Source: Eledone cirrhosa (lineage: Eukaryota). Taken from it: a stretch of DNA of 64,000 nucleotides. The translations under genes and the position numbers were made by a program. The notes under the pieces are model-generated. The model was given only the letters and a program-made list of their open reading frames with translations. It did no database searches and was not told the origin of the DNA. This document shows, piece after piece, positions 28,609 through 42,339 of the stretch (position 1 is its first letter; each line of letters opens with the position of its first letter). The stretch spans positions 374,046,001 to 374,110,000 of the forward strand of contig OZ024740.1 of the NCBI GenBank assembly GCA_964016885.1. Reading direction: 5' to 3'.

Positions 28609-29199
28609 ATATATATATAACCATATGTATATATATATATATATATATATACATATGTATATATAAATATATATATATATGTATATGTATATATATAACA
28701 AAGAGGGGTTTGGTAAGATACCTGGTGGACTATAACGCACCAGTGGTGTATTGGCTCGGACCTAGCTGTCGAAACGGCCGGAGCTCTGCCGTCGGGGCAC
28801 TTACTATTTTGCTATATATATATATATATATATATGCATATATCGTGAGAAAGGTAGACAATTGAATGAGAAAAGAACCACACACTCCACTCAATTAATA
28901 GAATTTCTCTGCAATTCGTATCAAATAACTAACTTTTTACGAGTTGTTACGTACGATCGTGTAGATATTTTCTATACAATCTGGTGAAAATGTAATCCAT
29001 GAATTAAGTATATCTCTAACGTACGTGTACACACGCATACAAACAGACAATGTTACCGAAAATCAGTCGATTATACTTACAAACATCTAAATAAAATACA
29101 AACATACCAGCCTAATCATCGAATGAAAAACGGGCAGGCTGTACTTCAATCATCCAACATATGTTAAAATAATTTCAACTATAATTAACTAATGAAGCC

Positions 29200-29760
29200 T
29201 CTACGTGTTCTACACGTCAAGTATACTATTAAATATTAAGATGTGTTCATTTAGGGACTTACTTAGTGAACTAAGTATTGCAAGTCCATCTGGAATTCAG
29301 CAAATCAGAAAGGAGGGGGATAAGAGGCAAATTAGAAGCCATTATCTAAAACATTGTAGCTTTTATACTGAATAGTTAATCACACAAATTTACATTGGTA
29401 TTCCGAGCCATTCAGTCAGCTATCACACACATTCCTGTATTCACGTATACAGAAACACACAAACATAAATACTTGACAGCTGCTTTAATTATTGACTCCG
29501 AAAAAATAAAAGTCCTATATCCAACTCAGACAGAAGAGACCATAAGGATTAGTGTAGTCTGTAAAACGCAATACCAATCATCGGAGTGCTAGACACGATC
29601 AGTAAATGCCTTAAGTTTTTCATCAAATGCCTTTGCATCCCCTACTTCATAGGCATAGACTAAATTTCTACAATCCATAGCACTGGCACAATCCTGCTCA
29701 TTGTATTGAGCCTCTGAGATCAGGGAATGTTCTGAGGTGAATTAACGCTTCAATTAGCAA
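29200..29760 (-). pseudogene. Very decayed non-LTR reverse transcriptase relic
   Basis: Minus-strand EHSLISEAQY and DAKAFD resemble the ..Q.GF and D.SKAFD motifs. Confidence 0.25.
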
Positions 29761-29807
29761 CAGATTGCTAGAGACTTTTTGAAACAAAACTTATTATTAT
29801 TATCACT

Positions 29808-31550
29808 GGGCGGTGGATTGGCAGTATCGGTAGAGGGTCGGACGCCATGCTTTGACGTATAGAGTTACGGCCCTTGCCATTCTGAGTTCAAATCTCGCCT
29901 AGGTTAACTTTGCCTTTCATCCTTACGGGGTCGATAAAATAAAGTACCAGTAATGCACTGGGTATTTGCTGGCCTTGTGCCAAAATTAGAAACAATTATT
30001 ATCACTACAAGGGCGGTGGATTGACAGTATCGGTAGAGTGTTGGACCCCATGCTTTGACGTGTAGAGTTACGGCCCTTGCCATTCTGAGTTCAAATCCCG
30101 CCGAGGTAAACTTTGCCTTTCATCCTTACGGGGTCTATAAAATAAAGTACCAGTAATACACTGATTTAATTGCTGGCCTTGTGCCAAAAGTAGAAACAAT
30201 TATTATCATTACTATTATGACAGGGCGCTTGTCCAAGTGTTCAGGGTGGCAGTGGCTTTTGTTTTATTTTTCTACGAGTAACCCTCGGTGGTCTCCCCTT
30301 ATTGGAAATTTTCCTGTTTCGATTTTGTGTCACACTCTTCGTTTTTATTATTTGTTAATTTTTGTAGACAAAAAAAACATATTTGTACAGTCGTATACCG
30401 TCGGGTGCTGTCCTTAATTTATTTTCTTGTAAACCCTTCTGTGGCTAATAAAGGAAACATTATTATTATTATTACTATTTTATTTATTTAGGGCGGTGGA
30501 TTGGCAGTATCGGCAGAGGGTCGGACGTCATGCTTTGACGCATAGAGTTACGGACCTTGCCATTCTGAATTCAAATCCCGCCGAGGTTTACCTTGCCTTT
30601 GATCCTTACGGGGTCGATAAAATAAAGTACCAGTAATACACTGTTTAATTGCTGGCCTTGTGCCAAAAGTAGAAACAATTATTATTATTATTATTCGACG
30701 AGACAGTCCTGCACGCACTCGTCCAGTGTCCGAGCATTGCTGACTTGTGGGTTTATGTCGATCACCTGCTGTCACGTGTAGGATGGATCCAGTTATCAGC
30801 TGAGTCCATCGTGAGGATTACCCCACCCTCTTCCTTTAGTCGGGAAGGGCAGGCAGTTTTTATCTGTCTGGTGGCCATGGCGAAAGAGATAGTATGGTGG
30901 ACACGTTTGAAAGGGCTGAAGACAAGCACTTACCTCTTCGGTGATGCCCCGATTAACTTTTTTTCAAATTTCATTTGAAAAGGAAAATCAGGGTAGAGAG
31001 GGAAGTGCTCTCTTCCCAGCATTTTGTTGAAAGATGTGTGTGAGAAGTAAGTATGGCCCGAGTGAATGGGCCTACTCTGAGTATGTGTCTGTAAATTAAA
31101 TGTGGAAAACTGGGAGAGGGCACTTGCCCTGGTTGTCAGGGTCACTGTGTCCTTTTACTCGGCTTTCCCCACGAATGTCCCTCAGAAGTCTCCCCCCTAT
31201 TGGGGAATTTTGTATTGTTATTTGTTGTTACATCCTCTGTTTTTGTTTCTTTACACGCAGAAATGCCAATTTGTACCGTCCTGTATTGTCCTGTACTGTC
31301 TTTAATGTCTACTTTATGTAAAGCATTGTGGTTAATAAAGAAAGCATTATTATTATTATTATATGACGGCGGTGGGTTGGCGATATCGGTAGAGGGTCGG
31401 ACGCCATGCTTTGCCATTCTGAGTTCAAATCACGCCGAGGTTAACTTTGCCTTTTATCCTTACAGTGTCGATAAAATGAAGTACCAGTAACACACTGGGT
31501 AATTGCTGGCCTTGTGCCAAAAAATAGAAACAATTATTATTATTATTATT
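29808..31550 (+). mobile_element. Head-to-tail array of 4 S1 SINEs and 2 truncated Tx1-like LINE 3' ends
   Basis: In order: SINE 29808-30000, SINE 30011-30205, LINE tail 30219-30458, SINE 30491-30695, LINE 3' end 30696-31345 (homologous to about 37240-37910), SINE 31368-31550. All are on + and joined by (ATT)n-like runs. Confidence 0.85.
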
Positions 31551-31683
31551 ATTTTATTTTATTTCATTATTATTTCTGAGATATATGCCGAGTGTCTTCC
31601 TGACACCTAGGGCAAATAAATTCACAGCGTGCATTGGTAAGCCAGTTAATACAGCACATTGATTATAATTAAAAAAAAATATA

Positions 31684-31716
<33 letters not shown>

Positions 31717-32237
31717 AGTTGCATTTATCTTGCCTTATGTTATACGAGTTATCACCAAGTCACAACCAGTGACCTCAATAGACAACAAGGTCCGCCATGT
31801 TCAAGAAAGAACAAACATACACACACACATGCATTTTAGGTGTTTAGACTTGTGATGTACTTATATTGACAGAATCTTCCTTAGTATATGGGCAGTTCCC
31901 ATTAGTACTATCTTTTGTATTTCTCCTATATGCGGATTTCCTGGGTTTTGCGATAAGTAATCATTAGACCCCTTGGGTATCATTCCTAGAGCGCGTACAA
32001 CCACTGGTAGTGTTATTATTATTATTATTATTGGTCTAAGCGGACGTATTTTGCTCGCTCCCAGTAAGTCGCTTTATTTGCCTGTTAAAATTGTTTGTTG
32101 TTAAATATTCTTGTTGCGTAAGGGATATAAGCCCTTAGACTTTGCCCCGTGAAGGGGCAATTATAATATTTGGGACTTTTGGCCCAAATATTTGAACATT
32201 TTTGACATGTTAAAACATTTACGAAGAAAAAAAAAAC

Positions 32238-34184
32238 ATGGCTGGGCCACGCCCCCCAGCTATATGTCTGCTGTCGTGCGACGACGACATAGAAGTTGAG
32301 AGAAACGCTACAGCAAAATTAACACACATTGCTAACACAAACACCACCACAAACAAGGTAAACAAAGACACCAATGATACCAATGAGAACTCTAATTTTG
32401 AAAAAAATGACGGTAACAGTGACAACGAAAATACAGATAACAAAAGAAAAAATAACAAATACAACAATATCAACACCACTAACATGAAATCAAATAGCGA
32501 CAACACCAACACCAACAATACCAACTGCACAGAGAACAACGGTGGCAACAAAGACAACAATGATAACAGCGACAGTGATAGCAACAACACCAACAAGAAC
32601 AACGACAACGACAACAACACCCCCAACGAAGACAAGAAAAACACCTTCGCTACGGCAGTAGCAAAAAAGACGCCATGCTTCAACATGGACCTCTTTAACA
32701 AAGATGAAAAGTTGATCCAGGCATGGAAGCTCATCAAGCAAGAGCAAACCTGGGCCAACTTAACTCTCTCGGTAGAAGCTATTGAGGCATTATATATGCA
32801 TCTCAGCACAAACCAAAAGGGCAGCTTTAATCCCACAAGCAGATGTCGAAGTCGCTCTGAGGTGCATCAGAGAAAACACCGAATACATAGAGAGGGACAG
32901 ACAATACGGCACCATTTCGGTGTTGTTCAAGTCAGAAGCCCTCGCTATGAAACACGCTATGACTCCTTGCAAAACCAGCAATGTCATAATGTACTCCTCC
33001 CACATGGGAAAAAGAACGGACTGTCTTTACATGTGGTGACTTTACATGTGGTGGCTTCTGTGATGTGTGATTGTAGAGGGGACGAATACTGTCCCTATAG
33101 AAGTGACCAAAACGAACAGAGAGGACTGATCCGGGGTTGACCTGGAGATCCTTCTGAGGATCAGACCCGATAATGTGAAAACAATCCCGGACCACATCCG
33201 CCTTCAGAATGGGACGGTCATTCACATTATGACCGAAAGTCAAAGGCCGCAGTCTTTTGTTTGTGAGGAAAAAACCCATTTGCGAGCTTTCTGCCCTCAA
33301 CTGCTGAAAGAGGCAAGGGGTCGAAAGGCTCCACTGCTGCCGACGCCGGGACGAGGACCACAACCAACACCAGCACCGGCAAAACCACCAACAACAACAC
33401 CAATAGAAAGACCACCACCAACATGACCACCCAGGGGGTAAACGGGGAAAGCTGTCAAAATCCCCCTCACCCCAAAATACACACACCAATAAAACCATAA
33501 ACATACATACAGACACACTTACAGACACAGACCCCTCATCTACCAGTAGTGAAGATGAGGGAAAACCAAAATCTTCCAAAATACAAAAAAGGAAACACAA
33601 AAAGAAAAAAAAAAATCAACAAAGCACAAAATCACCCACAATAAATAACGCAGACACCACCCATGCAAACACCTCTCCAATAACACCAACATCAACACCA
33701 CCATCACCATCACCAGAATCCCCCAAACGCAAACAACCTAAACAGACGCAAGAACAAATGTACACAAACATCTGAAACCACAGACACCGTACTCACAACA
33801 AACACAGACACAACCGAAACAACACCACCAAATCCATCGCCACCACAACCACCCAAACAAATAAAATCGCACCAACAAAAGATACAAAAGTTTGTGCTCG
33901 TCCGGAGAGCCAACAAGGAACTAATGGCCCTCGTAGCACGAAGTGAAAATATACAAAAAGAGAGGGACATTTTAAAGTCGAGCATACTTCGCGTGCCGGA
34001 AGATTTGGTTTTGGTGCGAATGTCGATCGATATATTCAAAGAAATACGAGACAGCTTTCCTCGGGACGTGGGAACCCCGAACGTAAAACCCACTTCAAGA
34101 CTTTTAAAGGGGTTCCCAAAAGAAACCCCACCAACTATGGAGGTCGAACAACCCGACCTTCACAAGAGCCCGGAAGGTAAGTAA
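32238..34184 (+). pseudogene. LINE ORF1 (frameshifted)
   Basis: Asn/Thr-rich N-terminus, TFATAVAK (like SYAxAV), a degenerate zinc knuckle SFVCEEKTHLRAFC (Cx2Cx4Hx4C with the first Cys lost) and a Pro/Thr-rich linker. Confidence 0.75.
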
Positions 34185-34215
34185 ACATTCCTCTGTCTCT
34201 TTTTAACCTGCCAAC

Positions 34216-37200
34216 ATGGCCGTATTAAGAGTAGGATGCTTAAAAGTTCGAGGTCTGGGATCGTCCTGGAAGAAGGGTCAGCTGCTCAACGACCTCAGGT
34301 CTATAGAAATGGATGTAATTGCCGTCAGCGAGACCAGGATTTCCGACACGCGCGCACTAGCCCCCATTTTCGACGACTATCAGATCTTTGCATCTGTTAG
34401 CCTGCCGGGAATGGGAGGCGGGGTGGCAGTGCTGTTTAGGAAACGCCTGGATCTCGAGGTAAGGTCGATCTTCCGGGACCCGGACGGGAAGTTGGTGGTC
34501 CTAGACGTGAACAATAAAGAAGGTGGTGCCTTTAGACTGGTGGCCGTCTATGCTCCTACTGGGGCAGGACGGCCGGACTTCTTTAGGCGCCTGGAAGCAT
34601 TTCTGGGTACGTCTCGCCCTTTAGTGTTAGCGGGGAACTGGAACGGCATCTCAGACGCACGCTCGGACTGTGTGGGAGTATCCGATAGGAGCGGGGGCGT
34701 GCAAAGCCTCAAGAACCTGATCAGCCAGTTCCAACTGTCTGACAGGTACCGACTGGATTTCCCTAATGCGCCAGTGTGGACCTGAGCTAACCGCATAGGG
34801 TCATCTAGATCGTATATAGACAGGATATTCATTAGGAAAATAGACAGAAGTAGTGTAAGCTGTCCACGTTTTGAAAGGGTCGCCTATTCAGATCAGAAGT
34901 TTGTGATCTGTATGGTCGACCTAGATAAGACGCGTAGGTTAGGACCTGGTTACTGGAAGCTAAATTTGTCATTTCCGGCACGTAAGGCTTACAGGGACCA
35001 GGTCAACATTTAGTTTAGAAAAAGTTGACAGGAAGAGCCGTCAACAATAGATGGTGGGGGGTTCTCAAAAGAGAGATTAGAGTAATGTCGACAGAGTTTA
35101 GTAAAAAAAGTAGCATTAGAGAAAAATAGAAAGGAGGGAGAGTTGGTAGATAATTTAGACGAGGCTATTGGTAGTGGCATTGCAACTGATGTGCTGGCGG
35201 CGAGAATGGCATTAGACCATTTCTTCAATGCGAAACACTAAGGTTGCATTGTCAGAGCGAAGGCGCATACTCTGAGAAACGAGGGAACCAAAGCTGTTCG
35301 ATGGGCCCGTGTGGCAGAGGCACAGCGTGGTAATAAAACCACGATTCGGTCTTTGACGGACCGAGACGGGCTCGAGCTGAGCGATTCCAAGAGGATGTGT
35401 GAGGCTTTTCGCCAACATTTGCTCGGTTCTTCGGGGGAAGTGGCGGGTCAGAGATGGTGGCGGTCTTCAGTCCCTACCTCGATGGCTTGCCGTAACTCTC
35501 GACGGCTGACGCTGAGCGCTGCGAAAGGCCAATTACTTCAGCCGAGATTCAGGATGCCCTTGTACGCTGCATGAGGCGCAAGTCACCCGGTTTGGATGGT
35601 CTGCCCTACGAGCTTTACGTAAATATGTCAGACTTGTTCTCCAATCTCCTCGAAGTCCTCTACTGCAACTGACAGCAAAGCGGGAGTATTCCCAGTTCTG
35701 TGAGCCGGTACGTAGTGACGCTGATAAGGAAGGACGAGAACAAGAGGGACACATTAGACAATTTCAGGCTCATAACTCTGCTCAACACAGAGTTTAAGAT
35801 TTTGGCCAGGGTCTTAGCGAAGAGGTTGGGGCTTGTCGTCAGGGATTTGTTTGGGGAGGCGCAAATTTGCGCAATCCCAACCAGGTCCATACACGACAAC
35901 CTCCACCTAATGCGATACATCATAGAGAGGGTAGGGTGTAAACCTGGCTTCGGTGGGGCTCTGATCAATTTAGATCAAACGAAAGAATTCGATAGGGTCG
36001 ACCATCGGTACCTGGAGGCTGTCCTCAAGGCGGCTGGCTTCGGCCCCGTCTTCAGAAGCTGGATCGCTGAAATGCACAGCGGCACCTGCTCGATGGTCTA
36101 AATTAATGGCCACCTCTCGAAACCGTTTCAGGTCTCCCGATCAGTCCCTCAAGTGTGCCTTCTCTCCTCCCTTCTGTACGTATTGACTCTCGAGACTTTA
36201 CTGCGGAAGCTGGAGCTGTTTCAGGGCATCCAGGCTCGAACCGGGACGCGGAAAGGCTGTGTCGGCTTATGCGGACGAGATCACCGAAATGGTGTCGGAC
36301 ACCTCAGAAATCGAGGTGGTCAGCAACTTATTGGAGGAATATGAAAGATTGACGGAAGCAAAACTTAACCCGGAGAAGGCAGTGGGCTTGCAATTCGGCA
36401 CCTGGAGAGGCAAGTCCATGCCGTCCAACAGCGTCGTTAGGCGCTGGACGGACGGACCGGTAAAGTTGCTAGGGGTTTGGTTCGGGCCAGACCTCCAGGT
36501 GGATAAGAATTGGGACGAGGTGACGGGCAGGGTAGTCAGTCTCACCCAGAAATGGGCTGGGATGAAGCTATCACTGAAAGGTCGGGCGGAGGTGGCGAAC
36601 GCATACATCGCGTCCGTCATCTACTACCGTCTGATTGTCGTCACTTGCCCCCGTTCGCGCCTCGCCATCTTGGAGTGGCTCCTCTTCAAATTATTGTGGA
36701 GGGGTCAGGTTACGCTCGTGAGGCGATCCTTGTGCTGCCAGCTCCCTCTATGTGGAGGGCTGGGCATGTCGTGGCTAATGATGCGCAGGCACGCGCTGAG
36801 GCTGCGGCATCTCCAGATATTCTGCCTAAACGGTGAACAGGTGTCGTCGCTGTTTGTCAGACGGGCCTTTCCGCAGCTCGTTTCTTTGACTGAGTTGCAG
36901 TCCCGGGTCAAAAAAGACCGAGACTGGGTGACTGGCATCTGGAATGTTGCCAGGCACTCACTGCCCTATACCAGCCGGGAAATGCGGTCAGTGGAACTTC
37001 TACTCTCGAGTTCTATAGAGGATTAGTGGTGGGCAAGTGCGACGACGCACTCGGAGAGGCTCTGGGAGTCAACGAAGTCGAACTAACCAGTCTGTACCGG
37101 AGGACTTTCGAGCCGGGGACGATGGATAATTTCCAAAAATCCCTCGCTTGGCAGTGCTACCGGGGGGGCACTGCCGGTTCGAGATAAACTCTACAGGCAC

Positions 37201-37638
37201 TGAAGTGCTGTCAGACGGACCTGCCGGTGAAGCGCGCAGAGCGACGAAACCGTTCTGCACGCAGTCGTCCAGTGTCCGTGCATTACTGACTTGTGGAGTT
37301 ATGTTGAACAGCTGTTGTCGCGTGTAGAACGGATCCGGCTATCGGCCGAGTCCATAGTGAAGATCGACTCGCCGCCTTCTTTTGGCCAGGAAGGACAGGC
37401 AATTTTCCTCTGTCTGGTGGCAGTAGCGAAAGAGGTTGTATGGTGGACGAGGTTGAAAGGATTGAAGACAGACACTTTTCTCTTCGGCCAATCCCTCATC
37501 AACTTTTTCAAGTTTCACTTGGAAAGGAAGGTGAGGGTGGAGAGAGAAGTGCTGCCCCCGAGTACATTTGCTGAAATGTGGGTTAATGTGGCGAGAATGG
37601 ACCGTGTGCGTGGGCCTACTCTGGTCATGCGGCTTTAG
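34216..37638 (+). pseudogene. LINE ORF2: AP endonuclease, reverse transcriptase and Cys-rich C-terminus, with many stops and frameshifts
   Basis: Endonuclease motifs: LKVRGL, SETR, VYAP, AGNWN, YIDRI. RT motifs: KSPGLDGLPYE, RLITLLNTEFKIL, LDQTKEFDRVDH, AYADEI, LLGVWF, GGLG. Confidence 0.92.
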
Positions 37639-37931
37639 GTAGGTAAATTTGAAGAGGAGAGAGGTGCCCTTCCAGGGTGCTCTCGAAGAGTCGGGTCGTT
37701 CAGGACTGGTGGGGTACCTGAGCGAACCCTAGGTGGTCATCCCCACTATTGGGGAATTTTTTTCTTGTTGTAATTTTATTGTTACTTTACTGTTACTTAT
37801 TGTTACTTTGTTTATTCATATTGTTTACTCGATTTTTCTGTAAAACCCCACTGTCCCAGTCTTTTGTATTGTCCCCTATATGTCGGCCCTAGTGGCCAAT
37901 AAATGAAATCATTATTATTATTATTATTATT

Positions 37932-37980
<49 letters not shown>

Positions 37981-38419
37981 GTAGTAGGAGTAGTAGTAGT
38001 AGTGGCTGCAATGTTGTATCCACTAAGCCTATATAATATTTGTGCCGCATTGTATGCAATTTGAATATGAGTTCCACTTTTGGAAGCGTATCTTTGTCAG
38101 ATAAATATCTTCCTAGTTATTACACTCTAGTATCACAGTATATGATTCCGAGTAACTGAAATGAATCAATTTTCAATTAAATTATATGTCCATAAACATG
38201 ACGAAATGTTATCAGCAGAAATGGAGCTGCAATATATGACAATATAATCCAACACTTTAACAACACGAACAATTCCTCTTCCCATTATTTTTATAACGAT
38301 ATCATATTCCAACAAAGCATACTTTTTAATTACAGTTTGAGACATCATATGGCAAAACCTCAAAGTATTATTTCTATCGAACTAAGAGATATATGAATAA
38401 GTGATTGTGACGAAAGGTA

Positions 38420-40420
38420 AGAAATAATGCTACATTAAGCAAATCCAATTCTCAGGCATTTACTCCTTTTGACATTCGCAGACTTTCGCAGGTTTACGAT
38501 TCATCTATTTAATAACAATATTTTACATATCTTGAAAGTTGTCAAAATTGTCAAGTGTATAAAATGACTGTTGATGTGTAAGGTTTGCCAAATTCTGGTC
38601 AGAAAGATGACTTGAGAAGAAAGATAAGCTGCATTGTTTGTGCACTGGGGTGCAAAGAAAATTGAAATAGCAGCTGCATTACGGTTTGCAGGAGTCGCAC
38701 ATTCTCATATGTCATAGCAGTTAACACAAGCAACAAAGAGAAAATCAACATCAACGAAAAACCAATTATATAGTCTCCACGTTCTCATAAACAGCACAGG
38801 TTCATTCCTCAAGGCCTATACAAATGACATAAAAAGGATGTATCATTCCTTATATCAATAATATAACGTACAAGTTGAATATTCATGGTCACAAATTTGA
38901 CTATTCTCATCTGGTAAATTACGGAGAATTGTGCCAATTTCATGAAAAATTAATACTATTTTCTTATTGTAGGCCATTCGAATAAATATGCTGACGATTA
39001 TCCAAGTTTGGGCCTTTACGTAGAAAATTATATTTTAATATTTTATTAAATTCGTTGCAAAATATGACATAATTTTCACATAAAATCTATACGAATTAGT
39101 CATCTTCATCAACTCTGTTACATGCGTTGTGAAAATTCGAAGAAATGTCCAGCATTCTGTATATTCCATCATGTAGAAGAAATTATCAATTGATTTACAA
39201 TGTTAGTTCATTTTGATTGAGAAAAGAAAAAAACAAAAAACAAAATTACTCTGTTATGTAAATATTCTGATCCATGATTCGAAAGATAAGAATTAAAATA
39301 ACATGGATAAAAAAGCCTGTTTCGAGTGAGAAAGGGAAAATGCCGTGAAACTACCCGAGTACATATGCGCAAGCATCTATTATCTGTTGTTTTTAAAAAC
39401 CTTGCAATATAAGGAAAATCTGTTGAACAAATCTATAAAATCAGTGAAGTGATTTTGATAACAGTTTAAATCCATTTCTTTTTTTACTTACCTCAAAGAA
39501 TCTTTAAGAAAAACGAGTAACATTCACATACACATCCTTTTATGGCCTTATCAATAAAGTATAAGACCTTAATCACAAGATATCAATATTCAAGATAGAT
39601 ATGTCGCAGATTATTGAAGAAGATGTGATGCTTAAACTGACAGAGTAGATAGCAGACTTAAACAGAATTTGAAGAGGTGGGAATTCAAGATTCTTCCCAT
39701 AACTTATTTAATTTGCTACTGCTCTATACGGGTTTGTCATCTCTACATAGGAATACAACAACTGGCATAGTCGTAAGTGCGATATGTGGATTTTGTTTGC
39801 AACAGTATTAAAACTGAGGATTGATAAGTTGATTTGGTAAGCTGAATGATAACGATCAAAAAAGTTCCATTTGACATCTAGGAGGAGATTTCATATCCTA
39901 CCGTATAAAATTACAAAACCTAGAGATAAACATGTGTATTGTGTACCTTGAAGGTCATCAGGTGTATAGACAGATGGCCAACAGCGTGGGACAAAATGTA
40001 ACATCTCATTCAATAAATCATTACGCGGTTTCTAATTATGGATTCCCTTCAGTATAAATGAATAATTAATGCCAGTGAAATATCCTAGACTTCAACACCC
40101 CTCATTATTTAGTAGTAAAATTTTGTTTATTAAATTAGATAATAAAAGTACGCTGAAAAATTATTTCTAGACAACCTCCACTCCAAAAGGAAAGAAAATG
40201 TTATGCTCCGATAGAGAGGCATCTTGTGTTGATTATCTTTGTTAATGTCTTCGCAAAAAGTAAACACTTCGATGAATCTAAATATTTAAAAATCATCAAT
40301 AATTTGTATAAAACGCTGGTGGGCTCTGTGCAACAAATGCTATTCCTCCAATAATACCAATTTCACTGTGAAAGTGATAAACGTCAAAGATACCATTCAT
40401 TATTTCCTTCTTTAAAATAC
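38420..40420 (+). pseudogene. Possible decayed ankyrin + Mab-21/cGAS-like (cGLR) gene
   Basis: Frameshifted motifs in Mab-21 order: VYCVP..IRCIDRWPTAW (39931-39990), HYLVVKFC (40103-40126), YAEKLFLDNLHSKRK/KCY (40149-40204), YKTLV, IHYFL. Ankyrin-like QLHYGLQESHILIC at 38671-38712. Confidence 0.35.
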
Positions 40421-41610
40421 CCCTGATGAATGAAAACGAACATTGCTGATATTTGAAAGTGAGTATGGAAATGGTAAAATGATTTATAATTAGAGACTTG
40501 AATAATCACGGTTGACTATTGTAGCATTTGGAATTTTGACTTGGGTGAGTACGATTGAATAAATAATTAGCTTTTAATTAAAATAAAACAAACGGCTATG
40601 TGAATGAAAGCATGCAATGTCAACAACAACAATAACAGGAGATATAAGAAATAAGCCCTATTTTTTTTTAACATTTAATTTTGACAAGAAGGCATATGAC
40701 AAGAAGCTGAGAGCTTGTTCCTAAATTTCTTATTTTACTTTGTTTCATTCTTTTGTTTTTCAATAGTATTTCATAAAAACACTTTCAATGAAATAAGGAA
40801 GTACTATTAACAATTCTTTTGATAATAAGTCGTAAAATAAAATGAAAAGAAAAATGTTGAAATGATAAAAATACATTAACAAAAGAAACAGGAAAGTTAA
40901 AGAACCAAACACAGGAGATGAGAGTGCATTTGGAAGCCTTTGCATATCGAAGCAAAAAAAAAGTGTAAATAAACAAACAGTAACGTGTATCTTTCGACCT
41001 GTTTGCAGCAGAATCGGTGATGGGTGGTGCGGAGAAGACACGCAAGTAAAGAATGCTAGAATGCTATTTAGAGCAAAGGAAAACAAGTAATTCAAAACAA
41101 TAATAAAAATACACAAGTGATGATTGAAATTACTATTTGAAGAAAGACAAACAAAGAACTCCCCCTTTAGAAAAAAAGATCAGCTGGAAGTTTACTGGGA
41201 CTTTAAGACACAAACGGTCTCATGCACGTACATCGCCACACAAACTCTTATATCAAATAAATATTAAAATAAGAAAGAATGTACTTTTATTGTATTGTAT
41301 CAACGATCTCCATGAAGTTAATGCCTATGTACGCAGTTTGCCCTAATGGTATCAATTCAGATAATGTTTATGTATAACTGCTACTGAAAACGTTTTTTAT
41401 GTGTTTTTAATATCAGTGGTTAATATACATGGCTTGATCATATACATATATATATTAATATGTGTGCATCATGTTAAATTTCAATTCAATAGAGACGATC
41501 AACCATTATATATGTAAGTATGTAGACACACGCACACTCCCAAATACACACGTAAACACACCAATACACATACACACACATACATACACATATATACACA
41601 CTAACACACA

Positions 41611-41647
<37 letters not shown>

Positions 41648-42339
41648 GTTAATTCAACAAATGTATATACTAGATATCTTTCATATTGTCATATTTCATA
41701 TTTGATTTATCTATTATTTGTATATTCTCTTAATCTTGTATTATCTGGGACAATACTTAATAAAAGACAACTCTTCTAAAACTCACTACCATGGAACAGG
41801 ATTAAAATAAATCAATATATCAGATATCACCTGTTGACAGTCAAGTAGGCTTCATGGCTGTTGTTTGTACATTTTCTTAATGATAAAAACATTACTTAAT
41901 GAAATGTATTTGTACGTTTTTGAGATAATACAAAAAAAAATGTTAAATAACACTTTAAAAAATTGTAGTTAACCAATAAAGAAAAATCTATACATTATTG
42001 ATTGCTATTTTCACACAAGGAACCCACAATCTACCACCCTGCACCCTCTTTATCCCTCTCTTACTTTAAGGCCCCTTTGGCTATTGAAAAAACCGTCATT
42101 ATCATTATTGACTGGCTTTCGAGCTCCGAAATGTTTGTCCATTTAAGTTGTTTGAAATTGATATTTAAAAGATATTGTTTGTGTCATGAGTGAATAAGTC
42201 ACTATCCATTGACTTTGTCCCTGTTGTAGGTATTGTCTCTCGAGCCATTACTGCACAAACTGGAGTCGTTGAGCGGCGTCACCCGTCGAGTGGAATAATT
42301 GAGAACAGTGTCTGCGTATGCCGACGACATCACTGTAGT

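Larger units (their letters stand above)
32033..37910 (+). mobile_element. Near full-length L1/Tx1-clade LINE, inactivated
   Basis: 5' UTR, ORF1, ORF2 (APE-RT-Cys-rich), AATAAA at 37898-37903. (TTA)n/(ATT)n lies on both sides. Confidence 0.92.

Noticed and set aside
29808-31550. Repeat-spacer appearance resembling a CRISPR array
   Set aside because: The repeats are ~190-bp SINEs and the spacers are LINE fragments. The context is eukaryotic with no cas genes.
32219-32836. 205-aa hydrophobic minus-strand ORF resembling a membrane protein
   Set aside because: It is the antisense shadow of the AAC-rich LINE ORF1.
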